Origin: Candidatus Harpocratesius repetitus
Lineage (GTDB): Archaea; Asgardarchaeota; Lokiarchaeia; Sigyniarchaeales; Promethearchaeaceae
Assembly: GCA_021498095.1 (NCBI GenBank)
Contig: JAIZWK010000001.1
Location: 1,980,001 to 2,012,000, forward strand
Direction of reading: 5' to 3'
Length of the DNA stretch: 32,000 nucleotides
Shown: one piece after another, positions 1 to 8,654 of the stretch
Numbering within the stretch: the first letter of the stretch is position 1
Layout: each line of letters starts with the position of its first letter
Position numbers and translations under genes: made by a program
The notes under the pieces: generated by a model
The model's database searches: none
The model's input: the letters and a program-made list of their open reading frames with translations, nothing else
What the model was told of the DNA's origin: nothing

Positions 1-131
1 GATCAGCTTACATGAAAAAGACGAGTATAGCAATCAAAGTCATCAGTAATTCCAATATAAATTGATAACAACGATAAGGTAGAATAAGATTCATTCAAAT
101 GAATTAAAGTAAAATGATGAAAAAATTATTA

Positions 132-395
132 TTAGCTCTCTTCAAACCAAAAACCACAAGTGTCTTTTGTCAAAAATTCCTTATTTGAGCGGGGATATTT
201 TCGACATGCGATAAAACGGATAGGATATATGGTACATCTTGCTTTATTATTTTCATCATATCTAAGAAAAGGGCATACATTTGGAAGTTTACAACACGCT
301 CCACAACGATTACATGAGCCTCTGCGTTTTTTGCTCACTGGTAAAAAAATACTAATGGTATTACGGTATAATTTTGCCCAATAATTATTCTTCAT
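132..395 (-). CDS. Small cysteine-cluster protein (YkgJ-like, putative Zn/Fe-S binding)
   Basis: 87 aa with CNRCGACC followed by four more spaced Cys, the CxxCGxCC pattern of YkgJ/zinc-iron-chelating proteins. Confidence 0.7.
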   Translation of the reverse strand: MKNNYWAKLYRNTISIFLPVSKKRRGSCNRCGACCKLPNVCPFLRYDENNKARCTIYPIRFIACRKYPRSNKEFLTKDTCGFWFEES

Positions 396-447
396 ATTAT
401 ATTTGAATTTGTGTGTTATTTCCTTTTAAATTTTGGAAAAATCAACT

Positions 448-458
448 TTTATATATAA
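448..458. promoter_or_regulatory. Candidate archaeal TATA box in the divergent intergenic region
   Basis: TTTATATATAA (449-458 is palindromic) after an A-rich BRE-like stretch, between the divergent starts at 395 and 586. AT-rich background lowers specificity. Confidence 0.3.
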
Positions 459-585
459 TTTTAGTGATAGTGGGTATTGAAGATAATGAATTCTGAAAGA
501 ATTGTCAACCAAAATGTGATGAGAATAAACCGATATTCCTATTTCTTCCCGTTAACTAACCAAAAAATAAGTAATGTGAAACTAT

Positions 586-765
586 ATGTCCGCGGAGAAT
601 GCAGAACTACGTGAAATCGTTACTCCAAGCCAAGTGATTGCCTCGGATCCAAGCTTATTAGCTGGAAGAGGTGCAATAAAAGATATCAACGGAGAAATTA
701 TCTCTATTTTCGTAGGATTAAAAGAAATCCAGGGGAAATACGTAGATGTTATTCCTTTTTGCTAA
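586..765 (+). pseudogene. rrp4: 5' fragment of exosome RNA-binding subunit Rrp4 (N-terminal domain only, 59 aa)
   Basis: Own translation: MSAENAELREIVTPSQVIASDPSLLAGRGAIKDINGEIISIFVGLKEIQGKYVDVIPFC*. It follows the Rrp4 N-terminal pattern (R-E-x-V-x-P-G...AGRG...I-x-S...GL...V-x-VIP) but stops before the S1 and KH domains. It is one residue below the apparent 60-aa floor of the ORF track. Confidence 0.7.
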
Positions 766-2743
766 ACATATTATTTATAATGGAGATGTTTATGCTTCTC
801 TTCAAAAAATAAAAGATAATTCGATTGATTGTGCAATAACTTCTCCTCCTTATTGGTCACAGCGTAATTATGGATTTGAAAATCAGATTGGAAACGAAAA
901 AACCCTTGATGAGTATTTTGAAAAATTGCTCTCAATTTATAGCTTATTACGAAAGAAAATTAATAATAAAGGTATTTTTTTCCACAATATTGGTGATAAG
1001 TACATAAACAAATATGGAAATAAACCTCTTGGTATGATTCCATATAAACTAGCATATTTTATGGTTCAAGAAGGATGGATTCTTGAAGATATTATTATCT
1101 GGTATAAACCCAATCACATGCCTTCAAGTGTAAAAAATAGATTTACGAATACTTATGAACCTGTATTTGTTTTTGCAAAAATACCAGATAATTACTATCG
1201 TCTGAATAGGAAATTGAATAATTCCTCTAATATCTTAAAAATAAATCTTCAAACAATTTCTTATGCACATATGGCGACTTTTCCTGAAAAACTTGTTGAA
1301 AGTTTACTAAAATTAGGATTACCAAAAAATGCGACTATTTTAGATCCATTTGCAGGAGCCGGTACGACATGTAAAGCAGTACAAAATTTGAATGAAAGAA
1401 ATAACTTCAAAATGAAAAGCATTATGATTGAAGCTAAATCAGATTATGTTAGCATAATGATGAAAAGATGTAATATTAAAAACGAGAATATTATTGGTAC
1501 TGATTATATTCCTTATGAAAAGAGAAAAATAATCGATAAAATCTCCGTTTCTTCCAATAATATCACTTATGATGATATTAATCCTAAATCTATCATTATA
1601 AAACACTTGAAAACGCAAGAAGAATTCAATGAATTTATTCCTAATTTATTTAATAATGATTATTCTGACAATTTGGATGATGACGGATTACTATTTATTA
1701 TTTTACCTGATCATGATATTGAAAAAGTATATAGTATTTCAAAGGCAAAAAGATGGATTATTCGCAATATGCTTGTTATCCCTACAAAAGATAAGAAGGA
1801 TTGGGTTCCGATCTTTTTTTTAGTTAAAGACACAAAAATGGTTAGATATCAATTTCAAATTGATAATATTCGAATTAATCATCTTCATAAAATCGAAGAA
1901 AACTGGAGAAAGGTTAATTTTTTAGGTTATAAGGTCATAAAATCACAGTCTATTACGAAAAATCCGCAAAATGGGATTATTATAAAAGTAATTGGGAAGT
2001 ATTCCAATGGATTGCCAAAATGGGTGGTTGTAAAGTGGGAAGATTCTTCAAATAGTATAGAGGAAATAATTAATCCATCAAAAAAAGCGCCGGAAATTAT
2101 ATTTTTTTGTCCATATTGTAATAAACAACTAATTAAGTATCATTTAAGTCGAAAAAAGATAATATGTAGTAAATGCAACAACCTATTATGGAGAAAAGGT
2201 GATATTTTTTCCATTCCAAAATTGAAATTGGAACAAAATAAAAAACCACCGATTATCATTTCAGAAAAAGAAATGAAAATTGTTGAAAAACAAACAAAAC
2301 GGGATTATAATGGAAAGTTTAAAGATGTAGAGAGAATCAATATGGGTCAATCTCCAGGAGCGCGGGCTTCTGTTTCTGAACAGTATTTCTCAATGCAACG
2401 ATATTATAAAGTTAAACAAAGTATGTTTTGTGATTATCTGAATATTCATCGTGAAAATATGGGATTATCGAAGAATGAATTAACTAATCTCTTTCCACCT
2501 GAATATAAGCATACAGTTGGTCATTGGTTAAGGAAAGATATGGGTGGTTCATTACCGAAGATTGAAGATTTACTGACATTACAGAAAATTCTACATCTTG
2601 ATGATGTTTATGTTCAATTTGTAAACCGGTTCGGTTTAAAACTCCAGACTGTAATGGCAAATTCAAATGGAAAGAACCCTGGCGATTATCTTGAAATGAA
2701 TATACCAGATCTAAAAGAAATGTTTGAAAAGCTAGTTGATTAA
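746..2743 (+). CDS. Multidomain beta-class N4-C/N6-A DNA methyltransferase with Zn ribbon and HTH
   Basis: Catalytic TSPPYW (SPPY at 842-853) precedes SAM-binding DPFAGAGTT (from 1343), the beta order. IIWYKPN and HMATFP are typical. The C-terminal half has CPYC/CSKC, an XRE-like HTH and GKNPGD. Confidence 0.9.
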   Translation: MLFLFAKHIIYNGDVYASLQKIKDNSIDCAITSPPYWSQRNYGFENQIGNEKTLDEYFEKLLSIYSLLRKKINNKGIFFHNIGDKYINKYGNKPLGMIPYKLAYFMVQEGWILEDIIIWYKPNHMPSSVKNRFTNTYEPVFVFAKIPDNYYRLNRKLNNSSNILKINLQTISYAHMATFPEKLVESLLKLGLPKNATILDPFAGAGTTCKAVQNLNERNNFKMKSIMIEAKSDYVSIMMKRCNIKNENIIGTDYIPYEKRKIIDKISVSSNNITYDDINPKSIIIKHLKTQEEFNEFIPNLFNNDYSDNLDDDGLLFIILPDHDIEKVYSISKAKRWIIRNMLVIPTKDKKDWVPIFFLVKDTKMVRYQFQIDNIRINHLHKIEENWRKVNFLGYKVIKSQSITKNPQNGIIIKVIGKYSNGLPKWVVVKWEDSSNSIEEIINPSKKAPEIIFFCPYCNKQLIKYHLSRKKIICSKCNNLLWRKGDIFSIPKLKLEQNKKPPIIISEKEMKIVEKQTKRDYNGKFKDVERINMGQSPGARASVSEQYFSMQRYYKVKQSMFCDYLNIHRENMGLSKNELTNLFPPEYKHTVGHWLRKDMGGSLPKIEDLLTLQKILHLDDVYVQFVNRFGLKLQTVMANSNGKNPGDYLEMNIPDLKEMFEKLVD

Positions 2744-2966
2744 AATATTTTTTTGATTGATTTTAACTTGATTTTTATTTCATTTTTTAGTTGATTTTAT
2801 AATAGAAAAGATAATTATACTATCTGTTTGCTTTATTTTATACCAGTCTGAGAAATTTTACAAGCTTTTGATGGTGCATTAATCAGAAAGTTTTGGGAAA
2901 AAAGTCTCGACAATACTGTAAATGATTTTTTGATATAGAAGATATTATAGCAATCAATGATCAACA

Positions 2967-4361
2967 ATGATAGGACAGAGAAAAAATTCTCTAATCAAAC
3001 AAAAGAGCATGGAAAAAATGTCGGAGAATAATATGAAGAATGAACAAAATGTCCTACCGACAACTGATGAACATCTATCTCAGAAAGAAATTATTCGCAT
3101 GTATGCGAAGTATGTAAGTAAACCCAAAGCTACTTTCTTTAAAAGTCTAAGTTTGGGGGTTGTACAAGGTCGTCGTGAAGGCTTACATTTATATAGTATT
3201 TCAGGACACAGAAAAAAAGATCCTCCTATTGATTTACTTAATTGTCGAACCAGTGGTGGTGTATTTAACTTTGGGCATCGTAACCCTGAATTGATTGCAG
3301 CATTGAAAGAAGGCTTGGAAAAAGGGCTGGATATTGGCGATCATCACATGATTAGTGAACAACGGGCATTATTGGCTCGTGATTTAGCACAAATTTTGCC
3401 TGGAAATATCTCAAAAACCCAATTTTGCGTAGGTGGTGGGGAAGCTATTGATTTGGCAATTAAATTAGCCCGTGCATTTACCAATCGAAAAAAAATTGTT
3501 TCAGCTATTCGTAGTTATCATGGGGTTACTGGATTAGCTATGGCGGCGGGAAATGAACGATTCCGCGGGCCATTTCATTTTGATTTTCCCGATTTTCAGC
3601 GAGTACCGTTTGGAGATCTGGATAAAATGTTGGAAGCTATTGACGAATCTACAGCCGCGGTAATATTGGAAACAATTCCTGCAACAGGTGGTATTCTTAT
3701 TCCTCCTCCAGGATATTTAAGCGCAATAAGAAAACGGTGTGATGAATGTGGTGCCCTTTATATTGCTGATGAAGTTCAGGCAGGTCTTGGACGAACTGGT
3801 GAATTATGGGGGATCTATGGAGGCATTTATCCCGAAGAACGTGTTGAGCCTGATATAATGGTTTTAGCTAAAGGAATGAGTGCTGGTTTATATCCCATGG
3901 CAACGTGTTCCTACCGTCCTGAAATTGAGGCTGTTTTTGAAGAAGATCCATTTTTACATATTTCTACTACAGGTGGTTCTGAATTGGGTTGTTATGTAAC
4001 CCGAAAAATGCTAAGGATGCTCACTGCCCCTGGTTTTTTGGAGAATGTAAAGGTTAGGGGTAATCAATTGGAGGAAGGATTGCTGTCGATTAAAGAAAGT
4101 AGAAAAGATATTATAACAGAAATTAGAGGTCGGGGATTGATGTGGGGTTTAGAATTTATTTCTGATCGATTTGGTATTGGTTATACACTTTATATGATTC
4201 AAAATGGTGTTTTTGCAGATTATTGCGGTAATAATGAGCAAACAATCAAATTAATGCCACCTTTAAATTCTACTGAAGAAGAAATTTCTGAAATTCTACG
4301 GCGTTTAACTATTGCAGCTGAAAAACTTCCAACCATAAATAAACAAGGAGGAGATAAGTAA
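2967..4361 (+). CDS. Class III PLP-dependent aminotransferase (putrescine/ornithine aminotransferase-like)
   Basis: FNFGHRNP, GGEAIDLAIKLA, SYHG, YIADEVQAGLGRTG and PLP lysine in DIMVLAKG. The true start may be a downstream Met (3009-3033). Confidence 0.9.
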   Translation: MIGQRKNSLIKQKSMEKMSENNMKNEQNVLPTTDEHLSQKEIIRMYAKYVSKPKATFFKSLSLGVVQGRREGLHLYSISGHRKKDPPIDLLNCRTSGGVFNFGHRNPELIAALKEGLEKGLDIGDHHMISEQRALLARDLAQILPGNISKTQFCVGGGEAIDLAIKLARAFTNRKKIVSAIRSYHGVTGLAMAAGNERFRGPFHFDFPDFQRVPFGDLDKMLEAIDESTAAVILETIPATGGILIPPPGYLSAIRKRCDECGALYIADEVQAGLGRTGELWGIYGGIYPEERVEPDIMVLAKGMSAGLYPMATCSYRPEIEAVFEEDPFLHISTTGGSELGCYVTRKMLRMLTAPGFLENVKVRGNQLEEGLLSIKESRKDIITEIRGRGLMWGLEFISDRFGIGYTLYMIQNGVFADYCGNNEQTIKLMPPLNSTEEEISEILRRLTIAAEKLPTINKQGGDK

Positions 4362-5359
4362 TGAGCATGAAAGGAAAAATGGGAGTATATCTAAGCAAAA
4401 TTCAGAATGAATCAGGAGAATTTGAAATTCTTCAGCTTTTTGAACGATCTTTAGATACTGTTCATCCAGAGAAGGGAGAAATTCCCATAAAATTACTGGG
4501 CTTCGGTGAAATCAGTATTGTATTTGAAATCCTTACTGAAGAATTAAACGGTTTGGCATTTAAACGCCTACCTCTTTTCGAAAGTGAAACACAAGTGTTG
4601 CGACATATTAAAGCTTATCAAGATTACTATTCACTTTTGACTGAGAAAGTAGGGCTTATCATTCCTGAACAAAAAAGTGTTTGGGTTTATATGAATGAAG
4701 AACACACAAAAATTGCACTTTATTGTATTCAGAAAAAAGTACCACCAGAATCCGTTATTAGTTCAAAATTGGCAACAATCACCCCTGAAGAACTGCGTCC
4801 AATTGTTGATTTAATTCTGGCTGAATTAAAAAAAGTATGGTATTATAATAGAGAAAATCAAGATCAGATTGAGATCGGTTTAGATGGACAAATTTCAAAT
4901 TGGGCTTATATTGAATCAAATGAAGGTGCTCATGTAGAGTATCTCGATACTTCTACACCACTTTTTAGAAGATCAGGTGAAGAAGCTATGGAAGTTGCGT
5001 TGTTTCTGAAGAGTGCTCCGAGTTTTCTTAGATGGATGTTAAAATCATTAGCCACTGAAGTAGTGGATCGTTATTACTGCTTGCGGGATGTACTCATTGA
5101 TTTAATTGCTAATTTTTACAAGGAACAGCGACCTGATTTGATTCCTGCTTTGATTGCTCAAATCAATGAATTTATTTCACAAGATCTTTCTGAAATGGCA
5201 ATTAAGCCAATCTCTGAAGAAAAAGTCGCAAAATACTACAAACATGATAAATTCATTTGGAAACTGTATCTGGGATTAAGAAGATTCGATCGTTTCTTAA
5301 AAACAAAAATTCTTAGGCAGAAGTATGATTTTTATCTTCCTGAAAAAATTAAGCGTTAA
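4361..5359 (+). CDS. Conserved protein, DUF6206-like, with protein-kinase-like motifs
   Basis: Start overlaps the aminotransferase stop by 1 nt. Motifs LGFGEISIV, AFKRLP, LDGQISNW, YLDTSTP. The DUF6206 name is from recollection, not a search. Confidence 0.6.
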   Translation: MSMKGKMGVYLSKIQNESGEFEILQLFERSLDTVHPEKGEIPIKLLGFGEISIVFEILTEELNGLAFKRLPLFESETQVLRHIKAYQDYYSLLTEKVGLIIPEQKSVWVYMNEEHTKIALYCIQKKVPPESVISSKLATITPEELRPIVDLILAELKKVWYYNRENQDQIEIGLDGQISNWAYIESNEGAHVEYLDTSTPLFRRSGEEAMEVALFLKSAPSFLRWMLKSLATEVVDRYYCLRDVLIDLIANFYKEQRPDLIPALIAQINEFISQDLSEMAIKPISEEKVAKYYKHDKFIWKLYLGLRRFDRFLKTKILRQKYDFYLPEKIKR

Positions 5360-5434
5360 TTTATAAGCATTGATTATTTTAATTGAAGTAATTAAATAAT
5401 TAACTTTTTTTTTAATGTAGTTTTATCTTAGCCA

Positions 5435-6412
5435 ATGGCTGAAAATGTTCCCCCATCTGAAGTTGCTCCTAACATAGAAGCAAAGACTGGGATTTCTACA
5501 CGTTTTCCTTCATATCTTGGAATAATTTTTCTTCTAATCACCACCATTCTTTGGGGGTCTACTTTTACAATTACAAATCAGATTACTCAGTATGTTTCAC
5601 CAATGTTTTATATGGCCATTCGCTATTTAATCGGGTTTTTAGTTTTTTTACCCTTCTTTCACCATTTTCGCCAAACTAACCTTGAGTTTTGGAAGATCAC
5701 ACTTAAAGCTAGCAGTTTATTATGGGCATCATTTGCGTTACAAACTGTAGGGATCCAATTAACAACTGCAGCAAAATCTGCTTTCATTACAGGATTAAAT
5801 GTGATAATGGTTCCTATTTTTGCAGCACTTATATACAGACAAAAAGTTCGAAAAATCATATGGATTAGCACAATGTTAGCGTTGATTGGAATTTCCTTGA
5901 TGTCGCTATCCGGTCTTAATAGATTTGAATTTGGAGATCTTTTAGTTTTTCTGTGTGATATTTTTTATGCGTTATATATTTTATTCTTAGAAAAGAAATT
6001 GCCTCATGTAGATTTAATTGCTTTTAGTGCTTTTCAACTGGCTTTTCTTTCCTGTTTTTCTTTTATAGCTTCATTTATTTTTGAAAACTCATTTTCAAAG
6101 TTTAGCCTTTCTTTGATTTCATTAATACAACCTCCATTTGGGTGGTATATTTTATATATGGGCTTTATTGCTACTTCAGGTGCAACTTTATTTCAAATGA
6201 AAGGGCAAAAAATGGTTTCAGCCACTCAGGCTGCAATAATCTATGCTTTAGAACCCATTTTTGGGGCACTTTTTGCAGTGATTATTGGAAACGAGGAATT
6301 AACATGGCAAATTCTTGTTGGAGGAACATTAATAATGGTGGGTATTTTCCTTACAATTGAAATATTACCAAAAAATCGCCAAAATCTAATAATACTATCC
6401 GAAAAGAGTTAA
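5435..6412 (+). CDS. EamA/DMT family transporter
   Basis: About 10 hydrophobic helices in two repeats; ILWGSTF, KSAFITGLNVIMVP, AAIIYALEPIFG. Confidence 0.9.
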   Translation: MAENVPPSEVAPNIEAKTGISTRFPSYLGIIFLLITTILWGSTFTITNQITQYVSPMFYMAIRYLIGFLVFLPFFHHFRQTNLEFWKITLKASSLLWASFALQTVGIQLTTAAKSAFITGLNVIMVPIFAALIYRQKVRKIIWISTMLALIGISLMSLSGLNRFEFGDLLVFLCDIFYALYILFLEKKLPHVDLIAFSAFQLAFLSCFSFIASFIFENSFSKFSLSLISLIQPPFGWYILYMGFIATSGATLFQMKGQKMVSATQAAIIYALEPIFGALFAVIIGNEELTWQILVGGTLIMVGIFLTIEILPKNRQNLIILSEKS

Positions 6413-6473
6413 AAAAATAAAAAAAACAAAAATAAAAACAAAGAAGCAAATTTTTAAAAATTTTAAATAAAAT

Positions 6474-6833
6474 CTAAAAATCTAATTCAACTTGTTTTAT
6501 ATCCACCGATCTTGATTTTCCTTTCCCTTTTTCCTTTGCCATTGCTTTCTTTTTTTGGTGGAGTAATTTTATTTTTTCTAATCGCATTTTTTCTTCGTAA
6601 GAAATGACTTTTTCAGGAACAATTGTGGGATCATCATCAAAATATCCCAAATCTTTATTAAATTCAGGTATAAATCCTTCTGAATCGTATAAATTCTCAA
6701 ATCCCATATGTCCTTCAGGACTGTGAAACGTTGTTTTACTTTTTCGTTTTGGGTGATATTTTGGATTGTTCCTTTGCTTTTTTCCGTTTTTACGCGACTT
6801 GCTGGTAGAAAGATTCTTTCGTGCCACTCTCAA
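6474..6833 (-). CDS. Hypothetical protein with basic termini and acidic centre
   Basis: 119 aa filling the gap downstream of dys. GAGGAG SD-like sequence lies upstream of TTG 6833/GTG 6827. No family recognised. Confidence 0.6.
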   Translation of the reverse strand: MRVARKNLSTSKSRKNGKKQRNNPKYHPKRKSKTTFHSPEGHMGFENLYDSEGFIPEFNKDLGYFDDDPTIVPEKVISYEEKMRLEKIKLLHQKKKAMAKEKGKGKSRSVDIKQVELDF

Positions 6834-6901
6834 ATTCTCTCCTCAAGTGCTTATCGTAATAATAGAATTCGTTCTATAAAATTTTATTTTTTTAGAAATA
6901 A

Positions 6902-7921
6902 TCAATCAAGCTTCTTAATACGTTGAAATAGTGCTGTCATTATTAAAGGGAATCCAATTGTGCTATCAACCCAAACACTTTGGTGAGTTGCATTTACTGC
7001 ATATTTACCCCAAGATATGCTTTCAGAAATGGTACAACCCGATAATCCTCCATCATATTGGGTGGCTGTATGAAATCTTACACTAAAATTGTATCCGTCG
7101 AAAACTCGATCTTCTTCTGATTGTCTCATTTGATCTAAGTATGGAAAAATCTGCTGTGCCCAATTTCGTGGAACTCCGCCTCCTAAAATAATAGAACCTG
7201 ATTTTTCATGATTTTTAATATTTTCAGCAAAAATTGGGATATCGCCCAATTCATCTATAATGATTTGATAGTCCTTTCTTTTTCGATATTTCACCAGATT
7301 TAATCCTAATTCTGAATCGGAAAGTGCTCCACAATAAATTGGTACATTATATTGAGCTGCTATTGAAATAAAACTCCTTCCCGGTAATTTTTCTCCAAGA
7401 AATTTTAAGAACTCTGAAGGTGTTAGAATGATCTTTTCTCCTGGATTAAAATGAGATTTGATTATTTCTAACAATCCATCTTCAGCTAATGCATATCCAC
7501 TTTCAGGTAAAAATGTATCATAAATTCGGTTAATTCTATGTGCATATAGTTCATGATCATTAACGAATTCTGATCCAATAAAGTGAGCTTGGTGTGTTGG
7601 TTCAGGATCAAATACATTAACTATTGAATGAATTAAATTTGCTCCAGTGCTTACAATGGCATTAATTACGCCCAATTCAATACCTTGATTTATTATTTCT
7701 TCCATTCCTGCGGGAATCATTGCACCTGCTAAAGTAAGTACTTTAAAGCAGTTTGGTGTATTGACCATTTTAGTAAGTACTTCCAATGCATTACCCAAAT
7801 TTCTCCCTTGGAAAGAACAAGTTTGCAGACCGATCAGTGCATCTTCAACTGTTTTAACACCTTTTGGATTAAATGGGTGAATTTTTTTATGTAAATAATG
7901 ATCTTTTTGCATGTCCTTCAC
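6902..7921 (-). CDS. dys: Deoxyhypusine synthase
   Basis: FQGRNLG, LAGAM, STGAN, RINRIYD, GALSDSELG, ILGGGVP, DGGLSG and SWGK with the catalytic Lys. Confidence 0.92.
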   Translation of the reverse strand: MKDMQKDHYLHKKIHPFNPKGVKTVEDALIGLQTCSFQGRNLGNALEVLTKMVNTPNCFKVLTLAGAMIPAGMEEIINQGIELGVINAIVSTGANLIHSIVNVFDPEPTHQAHFIGSEFVNDHELYAHRINRIYDTFLPESGYALAEDGLLEIIKSHFNPGEKIILTPSEFLKFLGEKLPGRSFISIAAQYNVPIYCGALSDSELGLNLVKYRKRKDYQIIIDELGDIPIFAENIKNHEKSGSIILGGGVPRNWAQQIFPYLDQMRQSEEDRVFDGYNFSVRFHTATQYDGGLSGCTISESISWGKYAVNATHQSVWVDSTIGFPLIMTALFQRIKKLD

Positions 7922-8004
7922 CTAAAAACAAAATCCTTGTAAATATAAAAAAGAAAAAGAAGATCTATAATTATATCTTTAAAATCAGTTAATAATGATA
8001 ATTT

Positions 8005-8595
8005 TTAAATGATAAAGACGGCTGCTGAAATTACTGTGGTAAATTCACCATCTTTTTCGACAACAGCCGTAGCAGTATGGGACATCGTTTTGACAATTTT
8101 ATCACTCATCAAGAAAATTTCACGACGTTTATCATACGCTTCATCAGGATCAAATGGAATTCCCAAAGTCGATGCTAGCATACTTGCAGCTAGGTCTTCA
8201 GCAAAATCGCTGGCAGATTCTTCATCTTGCCCAAAAGAATGATGTTCACTTAAATATCCATAATGATTTTCATCTTTAGGTTGGGCTACACCAATGGAAG
8301 CTGAGATCAAGCGATTCTTTTCATTTGAACTGTGTTTTGCGAGAACTAAGTAAACAATTTGTCCTGGTTTTAACATGCCTAAGCCTTGTTCTCGGGGAAT
8401 CTCCTGACAATTCGGAGGTAATATTGAAGAAACTTGTACTAAGTTTAATGTTGAGATCCCCGCATCTCTTAATGCCGCTTCAAAGGATTGGAGTGATTTT
8501 TTGGCACGCCCTACTCCTTTCGTGAAGAACACATATTTAGGAATCATTGAGTTGTTCAAGGCATTTTGAGTTTTAATTTTTCTGTTTTTTATCAC
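8005..8595 (-). CDS. pdaD: Pyruvoyl-dependent arginine decarboxylase
   Basis: IPKYVFFTKGVG, SFEAALRDAGI, NLVQVSSILPP (Ser-Ser autocleavage site), GYLSEHH. Likely true start is Met17 at 8547. Confidence 0.93.
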   Translation of the reverse strand: MIKNRKIKTQNALNNSMIPKYVFFTKGVGRAKKSLQSFEAALRDAGISTLNLVQVSSILPPNCQEIPREQGLGMLKPGQIVYLVLAKHSSNEKNRLISASIGVAQPKDENHYGYLSEHHSFGQDEESASDFAEDLAASMLASTLGIPFDPDEAYDKRREIFLMSDKIVKTMSHTATAVVEKDGEFTTVISAAVFII

Positions 8596-8654
8596 AAAAC
8601 ATTATCAAAAAAATTTTCTATATTTATTTTGAAGATTGATAAAACTGTAAAAAA

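Noticed and set aside
1-131. Possible gene end or small ORF at the left edge
   Set aside because: Only ORFs of about 30 codons or fewer, with no convincing motif.
160-384. 74-aa plus-strand ORF
   Set aside because: Antisense shadow of the Cys-cluster gene; no motifs.
1629-2666. Short ORFs 1629..1823 and 2484..2666
   Set aside because: Fully inside the methyltransferase gene in other frames.
746-2743. Methyltransferase as part of an integrated mobile element
   Set aside because: No integrase, transposase, terminal repeats or other cargo in the window; downstream genes are metabolic.
5659-6926. ORFs 5659..5871, 6142..6360, 6708..6926
   Set aside because: Overlap better-supported genes; no features.
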